This document shows positions 50,570 to 61,799 of a stretch of DNA of 64,000 nucleotides, piece after piece (position 1 is the stretch's first letter; the number at the start of each line of letters is the position of its first letter). The translations under genes and the position numbers were made by a program. The stretch comes from Mobula hypostoma (taxonomy: Eukaryota): the NCBI RefSeq assembly GCF_963921235.1, contig NC_086097.1, positions 96,350,001 to 96,414,000 of the forward strand. The letters are read 5' to 3'. The notes beneath the pieces are model-generated. The model saw nothing but the letters and a program-made list of their open reading frames with translations. It did not search any database and was not told the DNA's origin.

Positions 50570-51628
50570 ACCTCCCTAATGCACCTCCCTCTACAACTGG
50601 ATCCTCGACTTTCTAACCAGAAGACCACAATCTGTGAGGATCGGATTATTTCCACCTCGCTGATGATCAACCCTAGTGCACCTCAGGGATGTGCTTAGCC
50701 CACTGTTCTACTTTCAGTACACCCATGACTGTGTGGCTAGGCACAGCTCAAATGCCATCTATAAATTTGCTACTGACACAACTATTGTTGGCAAAATTTC
50801 AGATGGTGACAAGAGGGCGTACAGAAGAGTAGATGAATGGTGTTACAGAAACAACCTTACACTCAATGCCAGTCAGACTTAAGAACTGAATGTGGACTTC
50901 AGAAAGGGTAAGATGACAGAACACACACCAGACCTCACAGAAGGATCAGAAGTGGAAAGAGTGAGCAATTTCAAGTTCCTAGGTGTCAGTATCTCTGAGG
51001 ACCTAACCTGGACACAACATATCGATGCAGCTACAAAGGTGGCACAATAGCAGCCATATTTCATTAGGAGTTTGAGGAGATTTGGTATGTCACCAAAGAC
51101 ACTTGCAAATTTCTACAGATGTACAGTGGACAGCATTCTAACTGGCTGCATCACTGTCTGATATTGGAAGGGGGGGTTATTGCACAGGATCAAAGTAACC
51201 TGCAGAGAGTTGTAAATTTAGTTTGCTTCATCATGGGCACTAGCCTCCGTAGTATCCAAGACACCTTCAAGGAGAGATGCATAAAAAAGGCAGTATCCTT
51301 CATTAAGGATCCCTATCACCCAGGTTAGGCCTTGTTCTCATTGCTACCACCAGGAAGGAGATACAGAAGCCTGAAGGCACACACTCAATGATTAAGGAAC
51401 AGCTTCTTCCCTTCTGCCATCTGATTTCTGAATGAACATTAAACCCATGAACACTACCTCACTACTTCATTATTTCTATTTTCGCACAACTTATTTAATT
51501 TAACTATTATATATATATATTCTTACTGTAGTTCAGTTTTTTTCTATTACTGTGTATTGCATTGTACTGCTGCCGCAAAGACAACAAATTTCATGACATA
51601 CCGGTGATATTAAACTTGATCCTGATTG
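50570..51628 (+). mobile_element. Rex1/Babar LINE 3' half
   Basis: [15 protein letters not shown]...IYKFATDTTIVGKI, FKFLGV and ERCIKKAVSFIKDPYHPG; tail GATATTAAACTTGATCCTGATT. Confidence 0.88.
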
Positions 51629-53719
51629 GCAGATTTTTAGTTTTCTGAAGAGCATCTCCTTTTCATTATCCAAGAGAGAACATAGGATAAATTAATGTTG
51701 TTCTATTTATTACAGGGAAACTTAAATATAACTGGAGTCCAGCTCAAAAATCACTGCTACTTTAAACATGCAAGCACTGCATTGTAAATAATGCAAGCTG
51801 AGATGAAAATATTAAATAAACATATATATTGCCTCAGCAACTCTATAGTAAAACAAGTTATTTAATCACCTGCCAGTTGCCATTGTTTGAAGTTCAGTTG
51901 GGTGTTAATTAGCTTTAAACAGGAATAAAAAGTAATCAAAGATCAACCATAGTTAGTTGCTGCTAATGATTATTTGGACATCAGTCAAAGCAAATAAGAA
52001 AACAAGATCAGCATTTAATTAATTAAAAGGCAAGCAAAAGAGAAAAAAATAAGATGAACAGACTGCAACCAGTCACCCAAATAAATATGATTAATAAAAA
52101 GGTACATTACATACCTGCATTTTTACTAAAAAGCTGTGGTGAAATAGTGGAAATACTAGGCATTTTGACCTCAGTTTGGTATCCTGCACTATTTACAATC
52201 ATAACTTAGCTCCAAACGATAGGGTGGGAGATGGGTGAAATTGCACCAGCATACTTTTCCTTGTTGTGCTTACTGGCAGAGTAAAGCAAAAAAGTTCAAA
52301 GTGCATTTATTATCAAAGTATGTATACTATATACAACCTCGAGGTTTGACTCCTTACAGGCAGCCACAAAACAAGGGAACCCAATAGAACAAACACCCAA
52401 AATCATGAGCGTATACTTGGACTTAGTTTTCTATGGCAGAAAACATCAGCTGTTAGAATTTATGACCCAATTTACACAATGGCATTTTAATTTAATCTAG
52501 CTGGATAAATAGAAGCAGACAAGTAGCAAAGCCAAAAAACAGAGCAAACAAGGAAATAAAAGAAATAAACAATTTGCATTTTTAAGTTGCAGATTGGTTT
52601 AATTCTTTCTTTAAAATTTTAAATGCTCACTATCACTGAACAGGAGTTTTCACCACACTTTCCACTGTGAAATGAAGCAAACATTTTCATTTACACCAAT
52701 ACTCCTGCCTTTAATAAAACTCTAAGCATCAGGAATCTATTTATTAAAGATTACTGGAACCATTTACTTAATTTACATTAAATAAATTATCTGAAGTAAG
52801 CTGATAGATAAGCAATATTATTAATAGCACCACAGCTCGGAGCAAAAGTATCCAGTTCCAAATAAAGAAATGGGAATTATTTAACTATTTGCTCAGAACA
52901 TTTTGCAGTTTCAAGTGAATGTTTGGAACTTACTTATTACATTTCCGATAAGCATGTTTTACTTACTTTCCCAAGCCCCACTTCAAAATTCTCCCTCCTG
53001 CCTTGTTTGAAGTATGAACTTAATATATTCAGGTCTATAATAACAGTAGTTCTCTAGCTAATTTTAAAATTGCTAGACAGCTTTTCACATGAGAGCATAT
53101 GCGTGCATGAGTTAGTGGTTTAAGAGGGATGGGCTAACTGTGCCAAGGTTTGTTCATTCCAAATACCACGGAACACCAGGAATGAGTTTATCTCCCTCCC
53201 TGGCCTGGAAGTGCTTAAAACTAACTGTAGTATTCTAATAACTAAGCACTCTCCACATTTAGACTAGTTAATTTGGCACAGACCAAAGATTTGACCAGAT
53301 GTCTTTTTTCCTGTGTGGGCCTGTACCAAAATATGTAATGGATTACCAACAGCAAAATTAACACTCAATTCTTCATTAAGTGGTCTACGAATGTGCCAGA
53401 TTGTGTACATGAGAGGGATTTTGCAGCTCAGGAAACAGTGTGCTTAGGTCTTTAAATGACCTGCCAGATATTTCATTGTGCCAAGGTGTGATGAGATTAG
53501 ATTCTTGTAATAGGAGTCTGAAATTTAAAATATAAGCCAGAGAACAGACTATACTAAATGGCAAATTAAGGCTGGGACTTCAGCGAGTTTCGAGTCTTAA
53601 TTTATTTCAGATGTGTGAAATAGTGCTGCTGAATTAATTGAATTCAAGAGTTGGGTGAATGTACTTGACAGATGGCAACATTTGACAGAATATAACCTCA
53701 GAAAATCTAGGTAAAATTG

Positions 53720-54340
53720 AAGTCTATGGCATCATAAACAAAATACTCCAAGTCACAAAAAGGAAGGTGGCTTTTGTTGTTAATGGTCAAATCATTCCAG
53801 GGTATTTCAGGGCAGTGTCCTAGGCCTAACCATCTTCAGCTGCAACATCTTATATTCCACTGATGCTTGTAGAATATTTAGTTCCATTGTAACTCATTAT
53901 GAAATAAAAAATTATATCTGCATGCAACACTGCCTAGAAAACATTCAGTAGCTGAAATATCTCGTTGACCATCATTAATGAGAGAGAGTCTAAACACAAA
54001 CCCTTGACATTCAGTAGCATTACCACTGCAGAATCGCCAAACATCAAAACTCTGACCAGAAACCTAACTGCATTTCTCAGCCTACGATGAAGGTGAAGCA
54101 TTTCAGGACCAAGAAAACATCATCACATCAATGCTTACCTCCCAGTTGCGTAACATCCTGATCTGGAAGTTCATCACCATTATTTCCTTCATCAGTGAGT
54201 CTAAATCCCAGAACTCCCTACAACTGTATTGTGGTTGCTCAAGGGTGGTAACCCACCACTGTATTTTTTTTTAGGGCCAGTTAGGTTAGGATGATAAATG
54301 CTAGCCTTTCAGCGACATTCTGATTCCAAAAGTGAATAAG
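53720..54340 (+). mobile_element. Old CR1/L2-group RT and 3' remnant
   Basis: CAGGGCAGTGTCCTAGGCCTAACCATCTTCAGCTGC (QGSVLGLTIFSC) and a 3' end TTAGGATGATAAATGCTAGCC. Confidence 0.55.
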
Positions 54341-54683
54341 TAAGGAAAGCAGAATCACTGTCAAGATTCTACATGCATGTTGAAATAGTCAGTTTCATCT
54401 CATTGCCACCAGTGACCAAGTGCTTTTGAACAAACACAAGACTTAAAAGAATCATGTTGTCCTCATGTTGATTAACAGTAAAGTAAAACTACTGATAAGA
54501 CCTCTTTGGCTCTGAGCCTGATCACATCAATGCTCCCTCTGGCCAGCTAAGATGGAGTCAGATGTTTTGGAATATTAGTGGCCTATTAAATTGATCTCGA
54601 CTATCACATCCACTTCATTACTATCACCCTTTGGACACCAACCCCAATCATTAGCTATTGTTGTTGAAATCCTATGTTCATCA

Positions 54684-55533
54684 TGTTACATGGTCAAGGA
54701 GATCTGTTTTTTTTTAGTGAGAATGATGTAATGGTCTTTTGGAGGTCACCTGATGTGATTTTCCCGCCGATGTGAGGTCACGCGATGACATGTGCCCCTG
54801 TGACTATGTAAGGGTCGACTCAGGTGATGTAGTAGGGTTTTTAAGTTTGTAGATTTCTAGGTAGAACGTGCTGTGCCTCCGTTTCTGTTGCGTTTCTTTT
54901 TGTGACGCAGTTTCACTTTTAAAACGGTTGTGCGTTCTGTTGAAAGATTCCATATTATTTGGACTGGAAATTTGTGGCTGGATGTGCCAATTTACTCAAT
55001 TCCAACAGTTGAAGGGAGAGTGAAGAATTTATCGAAGGATCGAGAGAAGTCGGCATCGTTTGGCAGTTTAATAAAGAATCGACCTTATTGAGTCTTCGTT
55101 GGAGGAGTACCTGCATTGAGATAACGCTTGCCAGAAAGAGCAAGGAGTTCATCCAAGAAGGTGCTCTCTTTCTCTCTAAAGGAATTTAAGGTCAGTTGAT
55201 TTAAACTGTTTATTTTCGGCATTGTGAATCCTGTGGACAGAACCAGCGGTAAAGGTGCGTCCATGAAGAAATCCTTCTCCAGAGAAGTCTCCCCCAATTG
55301 AATGTGTAAAACTGTTGTACTTTCGACAGTTATCGCTTTAAGAACTATATCTGAGTGTATCGCTTTAAGAACTGTTTTCTCATTTAACACTTTAAGAACC
55401 AGAGCCGTTAACTTCCGGTTAAAGTTTTCCTTTGTTTTTTTTTCCCCTTATCATTTATACGTGTTTAATAAATGTTTGGTTGTTTTTATATAACCTGTCT
55501 CGATTGATATTCGTTGTTGCCATTTACGTAACA
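54684..55533 (+). repeat. 5' LTR (850 bp)
   Basis: Starts TGTTAC, ends GTAACA (terminal inverted repeat); AATAAA at 55467-55472; direct repeat of 60361-61234. Confidence 0.96.
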
Positions 55534-55540
55534 TAATTTG

Positions 55541-55558
55541 TGGGGGCTCAGCCAGGAA
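55541..55558 (+). promoter_or_regulatory. Primer-binding site, tRNA-Pro-like
   Basis: TGGGGGCTCAGCCAGGAA versus the canonical tRNA-Pro PBS TGGGGGCTCGTCCGGGAT (14/18, first 9 identical), 7 nt downstream of the 5' LTR. Confidence 0.8.
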
Positions 55559-55655
55559 ATGTTCCGATTTTGAGTTTAATTGCCATTTTGATTTGGAAAA
55601 GGGAATTATCCAATTTTTTTTGGTTTGATTGGTGTGTGTGTTGTAATCGGCAACA

Positions 55656-57134
55656 ATGGATATTGACGGGTTTTTGAAGACGCCTGACTCTGGATTTTTA
55701 GAGAATGCGAGAAAACCTGTGGTATTGGAGATTGCTAGGAAGTTGGATATTAAAGGAATTACGAGAAATTTCACCAAGGCTTTCATACAAAGGAAAATTG
55801 CTGAACATTATATAAATTTGGAATATTTTGATGAGGAGGTGTTAGAGAAGTTTCCAATGAGTAATCTGGAAATGCAGTTGCATCTTGAACAGTTAAAGTT
55901 TGAAAGATTTAAAGTGGAAATGAAAGAAAGAGAAGCTGAAAACCAGAGGAAACTTGAGCTAGAGATGGAGAAAATAAGGTCTGGGAATCAGTCTTCTGGT
56001 TCTACGAAACAATTTATTGCTAATCGTGAGGTTGTTTTAGCTCCTCCATTTAATGAAGCTGATGTGGACGCATATTTCCAACATTTCGAAATAGTTGCTC
56101 TGAGTTTAAAGTGGCCGAAGGACCAATGGCCAGTGATGTTACAAAGTGTAATTAAAGGCAAGGCACAACAAGTTTACACAGCTTTAAATGCTGAGCAAGC
56201 ACTGGATTATGATATTGTTAAACAGCAAATATTAAAGGCATATGAGATGGTTCTGGAAGCATATAGAGAAAGATTTAGAAGTTTGAAGAAATATGTGGGA
56301 AAAACTTATGTGGAATTTGCCTGTGAGAAATCTGTGTGTTTTGAGAGATGGGTTTCCTCTAAAAATGTGAATGGGGAGTATAATAAATTAAAAGAGCTGA
56401 TTTTGCAGGAGGAATTTAAAAGAAGCATTCCTGTTGAAGTGAGAACATACTTAAATGAACGGGACACTGCTACATTGCAGGAGATTGCTAAGTTGGCTGA
56501 TGAGTATGTTTTAATTCACAAGAATAAATTTTCTCCAGGTACAATTTTTAAAAGGAAAACTAGCACAGAGAGTCAAGGTAAATCAGACATTAAATCTGAA
56601 GTTAGTGAGAAAAGTAAGGATGAAGGGAGACATGTGAAGGAAAGACATTTTGGTATTATTTGTAATTATTGTAAGAAACCTGGACATGTAGTGGCTAACT
56701 GCTTCCGATTGAAAGGGAAAGAGAAAGAAGTGGCCCCAGACGCTTGTGGCCAGCATACTGAAAAACCTGTAAAACCACAGGGTTTAGAAAATATTAATGA
56801 AGATGTGTCAGAGTCTGACCAAGTTAAGAAGGGATATGAAGCTTTTATAACAGAAGGATTTGTATCCTTGAAAGAAGGATCCAATGCAGTACCAATAAGG
56901 ATACTTAGAGATACTGGAGCTTCACAATCACGAATATTAAACAGTGTGCTAAGGTTTAGTGATGAGTCTGACATTGGTGAGGTAAATTATATAAGAGGAG
57001 TAGAGAGTGCCCTTATGCCAGTACATTTGCATAGAGTAAATTTAAGGTCAGGATTAGTTACAGGGGTTGTTAAAGCAGGACTACGATCCAATTTACCTGT
57101 GAATGATGTTTCTCTTTTGTTAGGAATGATTTAG
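55656..57134 (+). pseudogene. gag: Gag (SCAN-like capsid region, CCHC zinc knuckle) and aspartic protease
   Basis: 492-aa ORF with PPFNEADVDAYFQHFE, YRERFR...LKELILQEEF, CNYCKKPGHVVANC and LRDTGAS; a frameshift follows LLLG. Confidence 0.9.
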
Positions 57135-57163
57135 TAGGTGGACAAGTTTTTCCTGAACTGCAT

Positions 57164-59197
57164 TTGACAATCAATTCAAATTCTGAGGAACCACAGAGGG
57201 ATACTAACACAGATTCTTCCTGTGTTGTACCAAGAGCTATGGCTAAAAAGACTGGCGTAAAGGATGAGGTTGTTACCCATGACAGTTCAAATCAAGATAC
57301 GAATTTTGAGAATGTATCAGAAACTTTCTTACCTACCTTATTTGATCAGGATTCTGGTGGTAAGTCTGATCAGGAAGATTTGTCTTTATCTCGGAAGGAG
57401 ATGATAGCAGAGCAGGGTAGGGATCCTGAGATAGTTAAATTAAAAGAACAAGCTCTTCCAAATAGTGAAATTGGAAAAGTACCAGTTGGATATTATTTTG
57501 AGAAGGGGGTATTAATGAGAAAGTGGAGATCGCCTACCATTCCTGCTAGGAATCAGGTTGTTGTTCCTAAAATTTACCGAAATGAGATTTTGACTATGGC
57601 TCATAGTATTCCTTTGGGTGGTCATTTAGGTGTAAAGAAAACTATGAACAAAGTTTCTAAACATTTTTATTGGCCTAGTTTAAGACAAGATGTGGCGACA
57701 TTTTGTAGAACGTGTCATACATGTCAAATTGTTGGTAAACCTAATCAGGTTACTCCAGTGGCCCCACTGCAACCAATTCCAGTATTCGGTGAGCCGTTCT
57801 CAAAAATCATTGTAGACTGTGTAAGTCCTCTGCCAAAAACTAAAACTGGACATCAATATTTATTAACTATTATGTGCATAGCGTCTAGGTTTCCAGAAGC
57901 AGAACCTCTTAGGAATATAACAGCCAAAACTGTGACAAAGGCTCTTATAAAATTCTTCACTTATTTTGGGTTGCCTAAGGAAATACAATCAGATCAAGGT
58001 AGTAATTTTATGTCTGGGTTGTTTCAGCAGACAGTTTATAAACTAGGAGCAAAGCAGATTATTTCCTCAGCCTATCATCCAGAATCCCAAGGAGCCTTGG
58101 AGAGATTTCATTCTACACTAAAAACTATGATTAGGACATATTGTGCAGAAAATGAAAAGGACTGGGATGAAGGTATGCATTTACTACCTTTTGCAGTAAG
58201 GGAGGCAGTACAGGAATCATTAGGTTTTAGTCCTTTTGAATTTGTGTTTGGACATAGAGTTCGAGGACCTTTGGCTTTGTTGAAGGAACAGTGGATTAAT
58301 AAAGAAGTACACACTAGTTTGCTCGATTATGTTTTGCAATTTAAAGACAGATTGTACAAAGCTTGTAATTTGCCCAAGGAAAAATTAAAGTTAGCTCAAG
58401 AGAAGATGAAGACGTGGTATGATAAGGAAGCTAGGATGAGGTCATTTAAGCCTGGAGATAAGGTGTTGGTTCTCTTCCCAGTGCAAACAAACCCATTACA
58501 AGCCAAATTCCATGGTCCTTATGAGATTAAATCTAAGATAAATGAGGTGGATTATGTGGTAAAAACCCCAGATCGGAGGAAGACAACACAGCTGTGTCAT
58601 ATAAATATGATAAAACTGTATTATAAGAAAGAAGTTGCTAATATGACTGTTGTGATCAATAATGAGTCTGATCTTGATGAAAACTTACTGGAGGATTCAT
58701 CTGAAACTCATTTTAAACCCAACATTATTTCAGCCAGGTTACCAAATTCAAAAATTCTGGAAAATATTGATGAAAACTTAGCTCATTTACAGCCACAGCA
58801 GAGAGAGCAGATGAAACAGTTAATTTTTAAATATAGAGATTTATTTCCAGACATCCCTAGAAGAACCACCGTAGCTAAGCATGATGTAGATGTGGGAGAT
58901 GCAAAACCCATAAAACAACACCCGTATCGAATGAACAGGGAAAAATGTGAACTTGCTGGACAAGAAATTAAATATATGTTAGAGAATGATATTATTAGAC
59001 ATTCTAATTCGAATTGGAGTTCACCGTATGTTATGGTGCCTAAACCAGACAATAGTATTAGGTTTTGTACGGATTACAGAAAGGTGAATGCTCTGACAAA
59101 GACCGATGCATATCCAATCCCTAGAGTAGATGATTGTGTGGATAAAGTTGAACAGGCCAAATTCCTGACAAAAATTGATTTGTTAAAAGATTATTAG
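57164..59197 (+). pseudogene. pol: Pol: integrase (HHCC, DDE, GPY/F) followed by the RT N-terminus
   Basis: HSIPLGGHLG...CRTCHTC, IVDCV, SDQGSNF, ALERFH, HGPYEI, then PIKQHPYR and WSSP..MVPKPD..RFCTDYRKVN; ends at a premature TAG. Confidence 0.93.
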
Positions 59198-59206
59198 TGT
59201 GTTCCA

Positions 59207-59716
59207 TTGACGGATAGAGGTAGAGAGATTTCAGCATTTGTAAGCCCATCTGGGTTATATGAATATAATGTTCTTCCATTTGGGATGAAGAATGCACCAA
59301 GTACTTTTCAGAGGATGATTAATAGCGTGATTCAGGGATTAAAAGATACAGATGCCTATATTGATGATCTGGTTACAGGAAATAATACGTGGAAAGCACA
59401 TTTTGCGGCGGCGGAGAAATTATTTGAGAGACTTTCAAAAGCTAACTTAACTATTAACTCAGCTAAAAGTGAATTTGGGCATGCCACAATGACTTACCCT
59501 GGTTATGTTGTGGGTCAGGGGAAATTAACACCTGTTCAAGCAAAAGTTCAGGCAATTTTAGAAGTACCCACTCCCACTGGTAGAAAAACTCTCAGAAGGT
59601 TCTTGGGTATGGTAGGATATTACAGAAAATTTTGTAAGAATTTTGCAAACATTGCTCTTCCATTAACTAATCTCTTGAAGAAAAATGAGAAGTTTGTTTG
59701 GACAGAGTCTTGTTAG
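59207..59716 (+). pseudogene. pol: Pol: reverse transcriptase core
   Basis: LPFGMKNAPSTFQR, AYIDD, RRFLGMVGYYRKF; same frame as the upstream ORF. Confidence 0.93.
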
Positions 59717-59731
59717 GAGGCATTTGATAAA

Positions 59732-60163
59732 TTGAAAGCTATAATATGTAGTCAACCTGTACTTAAATCTCCTGACTTTGAAAAACCATTTTTGTTAGTT
59801 GTTGATGATAGTGATGAAGCTGCAGGAGCAGTGTTACTTCAAAAAGATGATGGTGATGAAGTTGATCATCCGGTAGCTTATTTTTCTAAGAAATGTAATG
59901 CCCATCAAAGAAGTTATTCAAAAATAGAAAAAGAATTGTTATCTCTTGTTTTAGCTTTGCAACATTTTGAAGTATATGGTGGTTCTACGCATAAACCACT
60001 CACAGTTTATACCGATCACAATCCATTAGTGTTTTTGAGTAAGATGAAAAACAAAAATAGAAGATTATTAAATTGGAATTTAATGTTACAGGAGTACAAT
60101 ATTTTGATCACTCATATTAAGGGTAAAGATAATGTGATTTCTGATTGTTTGTCTAGATGTTAA
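59732..60163 (+). pseudogene. pol: Pol: RNase H
   Basis: VDDSDEAAGAVLLQ, VAYFSKK, IEKELL, YTDHNPL, HIKGKDNVISDCLSR. Confidence 0.92.
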
Positions 60164-60351
60164 ATGTATAATGAAAATTTGTTTTTTTTGGAGTGATATT
60201 TTAACATTTGTAACACTCCTGCTGTACACTAGTTTGTAAAGGGCTGAAAGATAAGATTGTATGTGTTGTGTATTTTGTAAATTTTATACCTTTGTATTTT
60301 TTTTTGTATAAATTATTAAAATTTTGATCTTCAAGAGACCAAATTTTTTTT

Positions 60352-60360
60352 GGAGGGAGG
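60352..60360 (+). promoter_or_regulatory. Polypurine tract
   Basis: GGAGGGAGG directly before the 3' LTR TGTTAC, preceded by a T-run. Confidence 0.85.
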
Positions 60361-61234
60361 TGTTACATGCTCAAAGAGATCTGTTTTTTTTAAGTGAGAA
60401 TGATGTAATGGTCTTTTGGAGGTCACCTGATGTGATTTTCCCGCCAATGTGAGGTCACGTGATGACATCTGCCCCGTGACTATATAAGGGTCGACTCAGG
60501 TGACGCAGTAGGGTTTTTAAGTTTGTAGATTTCCAGGTAGAACGTGCTGTGCCTCTGTTTCTGTTGCGTTTGTTTTTGTGACGCAGTTTCAGTTTTAAAA
60601 CGGTTGTGCGTTCTGTTGAAAGATTCCATATTATTTGGACTGGAAATTTGTGGCTGGATGTGCCAATTTACTCAATTCCAACAGTTGAAGGGAGAGTGAA
60701 GAATTTATCGAAGGATCGAGAGAAGTCGGCATCGTTTGACAGTTTAATAAAGAATCAACCTTATTGAGTCTTTGTTGGAGGAGTACCTACATTGAGATAA
60801 CTCTTGCCAGAAAGAGCAAGGAGTTCATCCAAAAAGGTGCTCTCTCTCTCTAAAGGAATTTAAGGTCAGTTGATTCAAACTATTTATTTTCGGCATTGTG
60901 AATCCTGTGGACAGAACCAGCAGTAAAGGTGCGTCTGTGAAGAAATCCTTTTCCAGAGAAGTCTCCCCCAATTGACTGTGTAAAACTGTTGGACTTTCGA
61001 AGTTATCGCTTTAAGAACTATATCTGAGTGTATCGCTTTAAGAACTGTTTTCACATTTAACGCTTTAAGAACCAGAGCCGAGTGGCGAGTTGGTGAACGG
61101 CTGTATATCTGTTAACTTTTGGTTAAAGTTTTCCTTTGTTTTTTCCCCTTATCGTTTATATGTGTTTAATAAATGTTTGGTTGTTTTTATATAACCTGTC
61201 TCGATTGATATTCATTGTTGCCGTTTACGCAACA
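60361..61234 (+). repeat. 3' LTR (874 bp)
   Basis: TGTTAC...GCAACA; TATATAA at 60481-60487; carries a 31-nt segment (61081-61111) absent from the 5' LTR. Confidence 0.96.
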
Positions 61235-61679
61235 ATCATTTGACTTTTAATAAAGTATGATTTAGCTGCAACACCAGATACAATTTTTCCATTGAAATGT
61301 ATCCACCTTGGGTTTCCACGTATTCCACTATATTATTCCATTTCTGTATATTACTGCTAACACTCTTTATTTCCTCCATTTAATTTTAGCAGTAGTTTTA
61401 GTCAATACATTGCTGACTGGAGATTTTTACAGAGCTCAATTACTCAGCAGTTTCCCTTCTCAATTTTTTTCTTAAAAGTCAGTTTATTTTTTGCCATTGG
61501 GACATTCTTCCTTTTAATAACCATGAAACATCTTTGAGAAGGAGGAGGACTATATAAAATGCAAGCTTCCCTTGGCCAGAGAGCAAAATTGTCTTGCCAA
61601 CACAATATGAACAAATACATACGGCATTCATACACATGAATATAAATTAGATTTAACAATGGCTTCATATGAAAAGCCA

Positions 61680-61798
61680 AAGAGTGGTAGTAAGCAGTTG
61701 CCTCTGACTGGAAGCCTGTGACTAATGATGTGTCACAGGGACTGTTGCTGAGTCAGTTGTTGTCATCTATAATCAATGTTCTCGATGATAATGTGGTG
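61680..61798 (+). mobile_element. Short decayed CR1 RT fragment
   Basis: AGAGTGGTAGTA...GACTGGAAGCCTGTGACTAATGATGTGTCACAGGGA (RVVV...DWKPVTNDVSQG). Confidence 0.55.
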
Positions 61799-61799
61799 G

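Larger units (their letters stand above)
54684..61234 (+). mobile_element. Full-length Ty3/Gypsy-superfamily LTR retrotransposon of the Gmr1-like type (gag-PR-IN-RT-RH), inactivated
   Basis: TG...CA LTRs at 54684-55533 and 60361-61234; TSD ATCA at 54680-54683 and 61235-61238; PBS, PPT and four collinear ORF pieces. Confidence 0.96.

Noticed and set aside
52105..52190. Possible minus-strand exon ending in CAG|GTATGT
   Set aside because: The acceptor is weak and the peptide is unrecognisable.
55330..55400. Spaced direct repeats TATCGCTTTAAGAACT resembling a CRISPR array
   Set aside because: There are only 2-3 short copies inside a eukaryotic LTR, duplicated in the other LTR, with no cas genes.
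60164..60360. env gene or endogenous retrovirus call (prompted by the tRNA-Pro PBS)
   Set aside because: Only ~200 nt lie between the RNase H stop and the 3' LTR, and RT/IN motifs are Gypsy-like.
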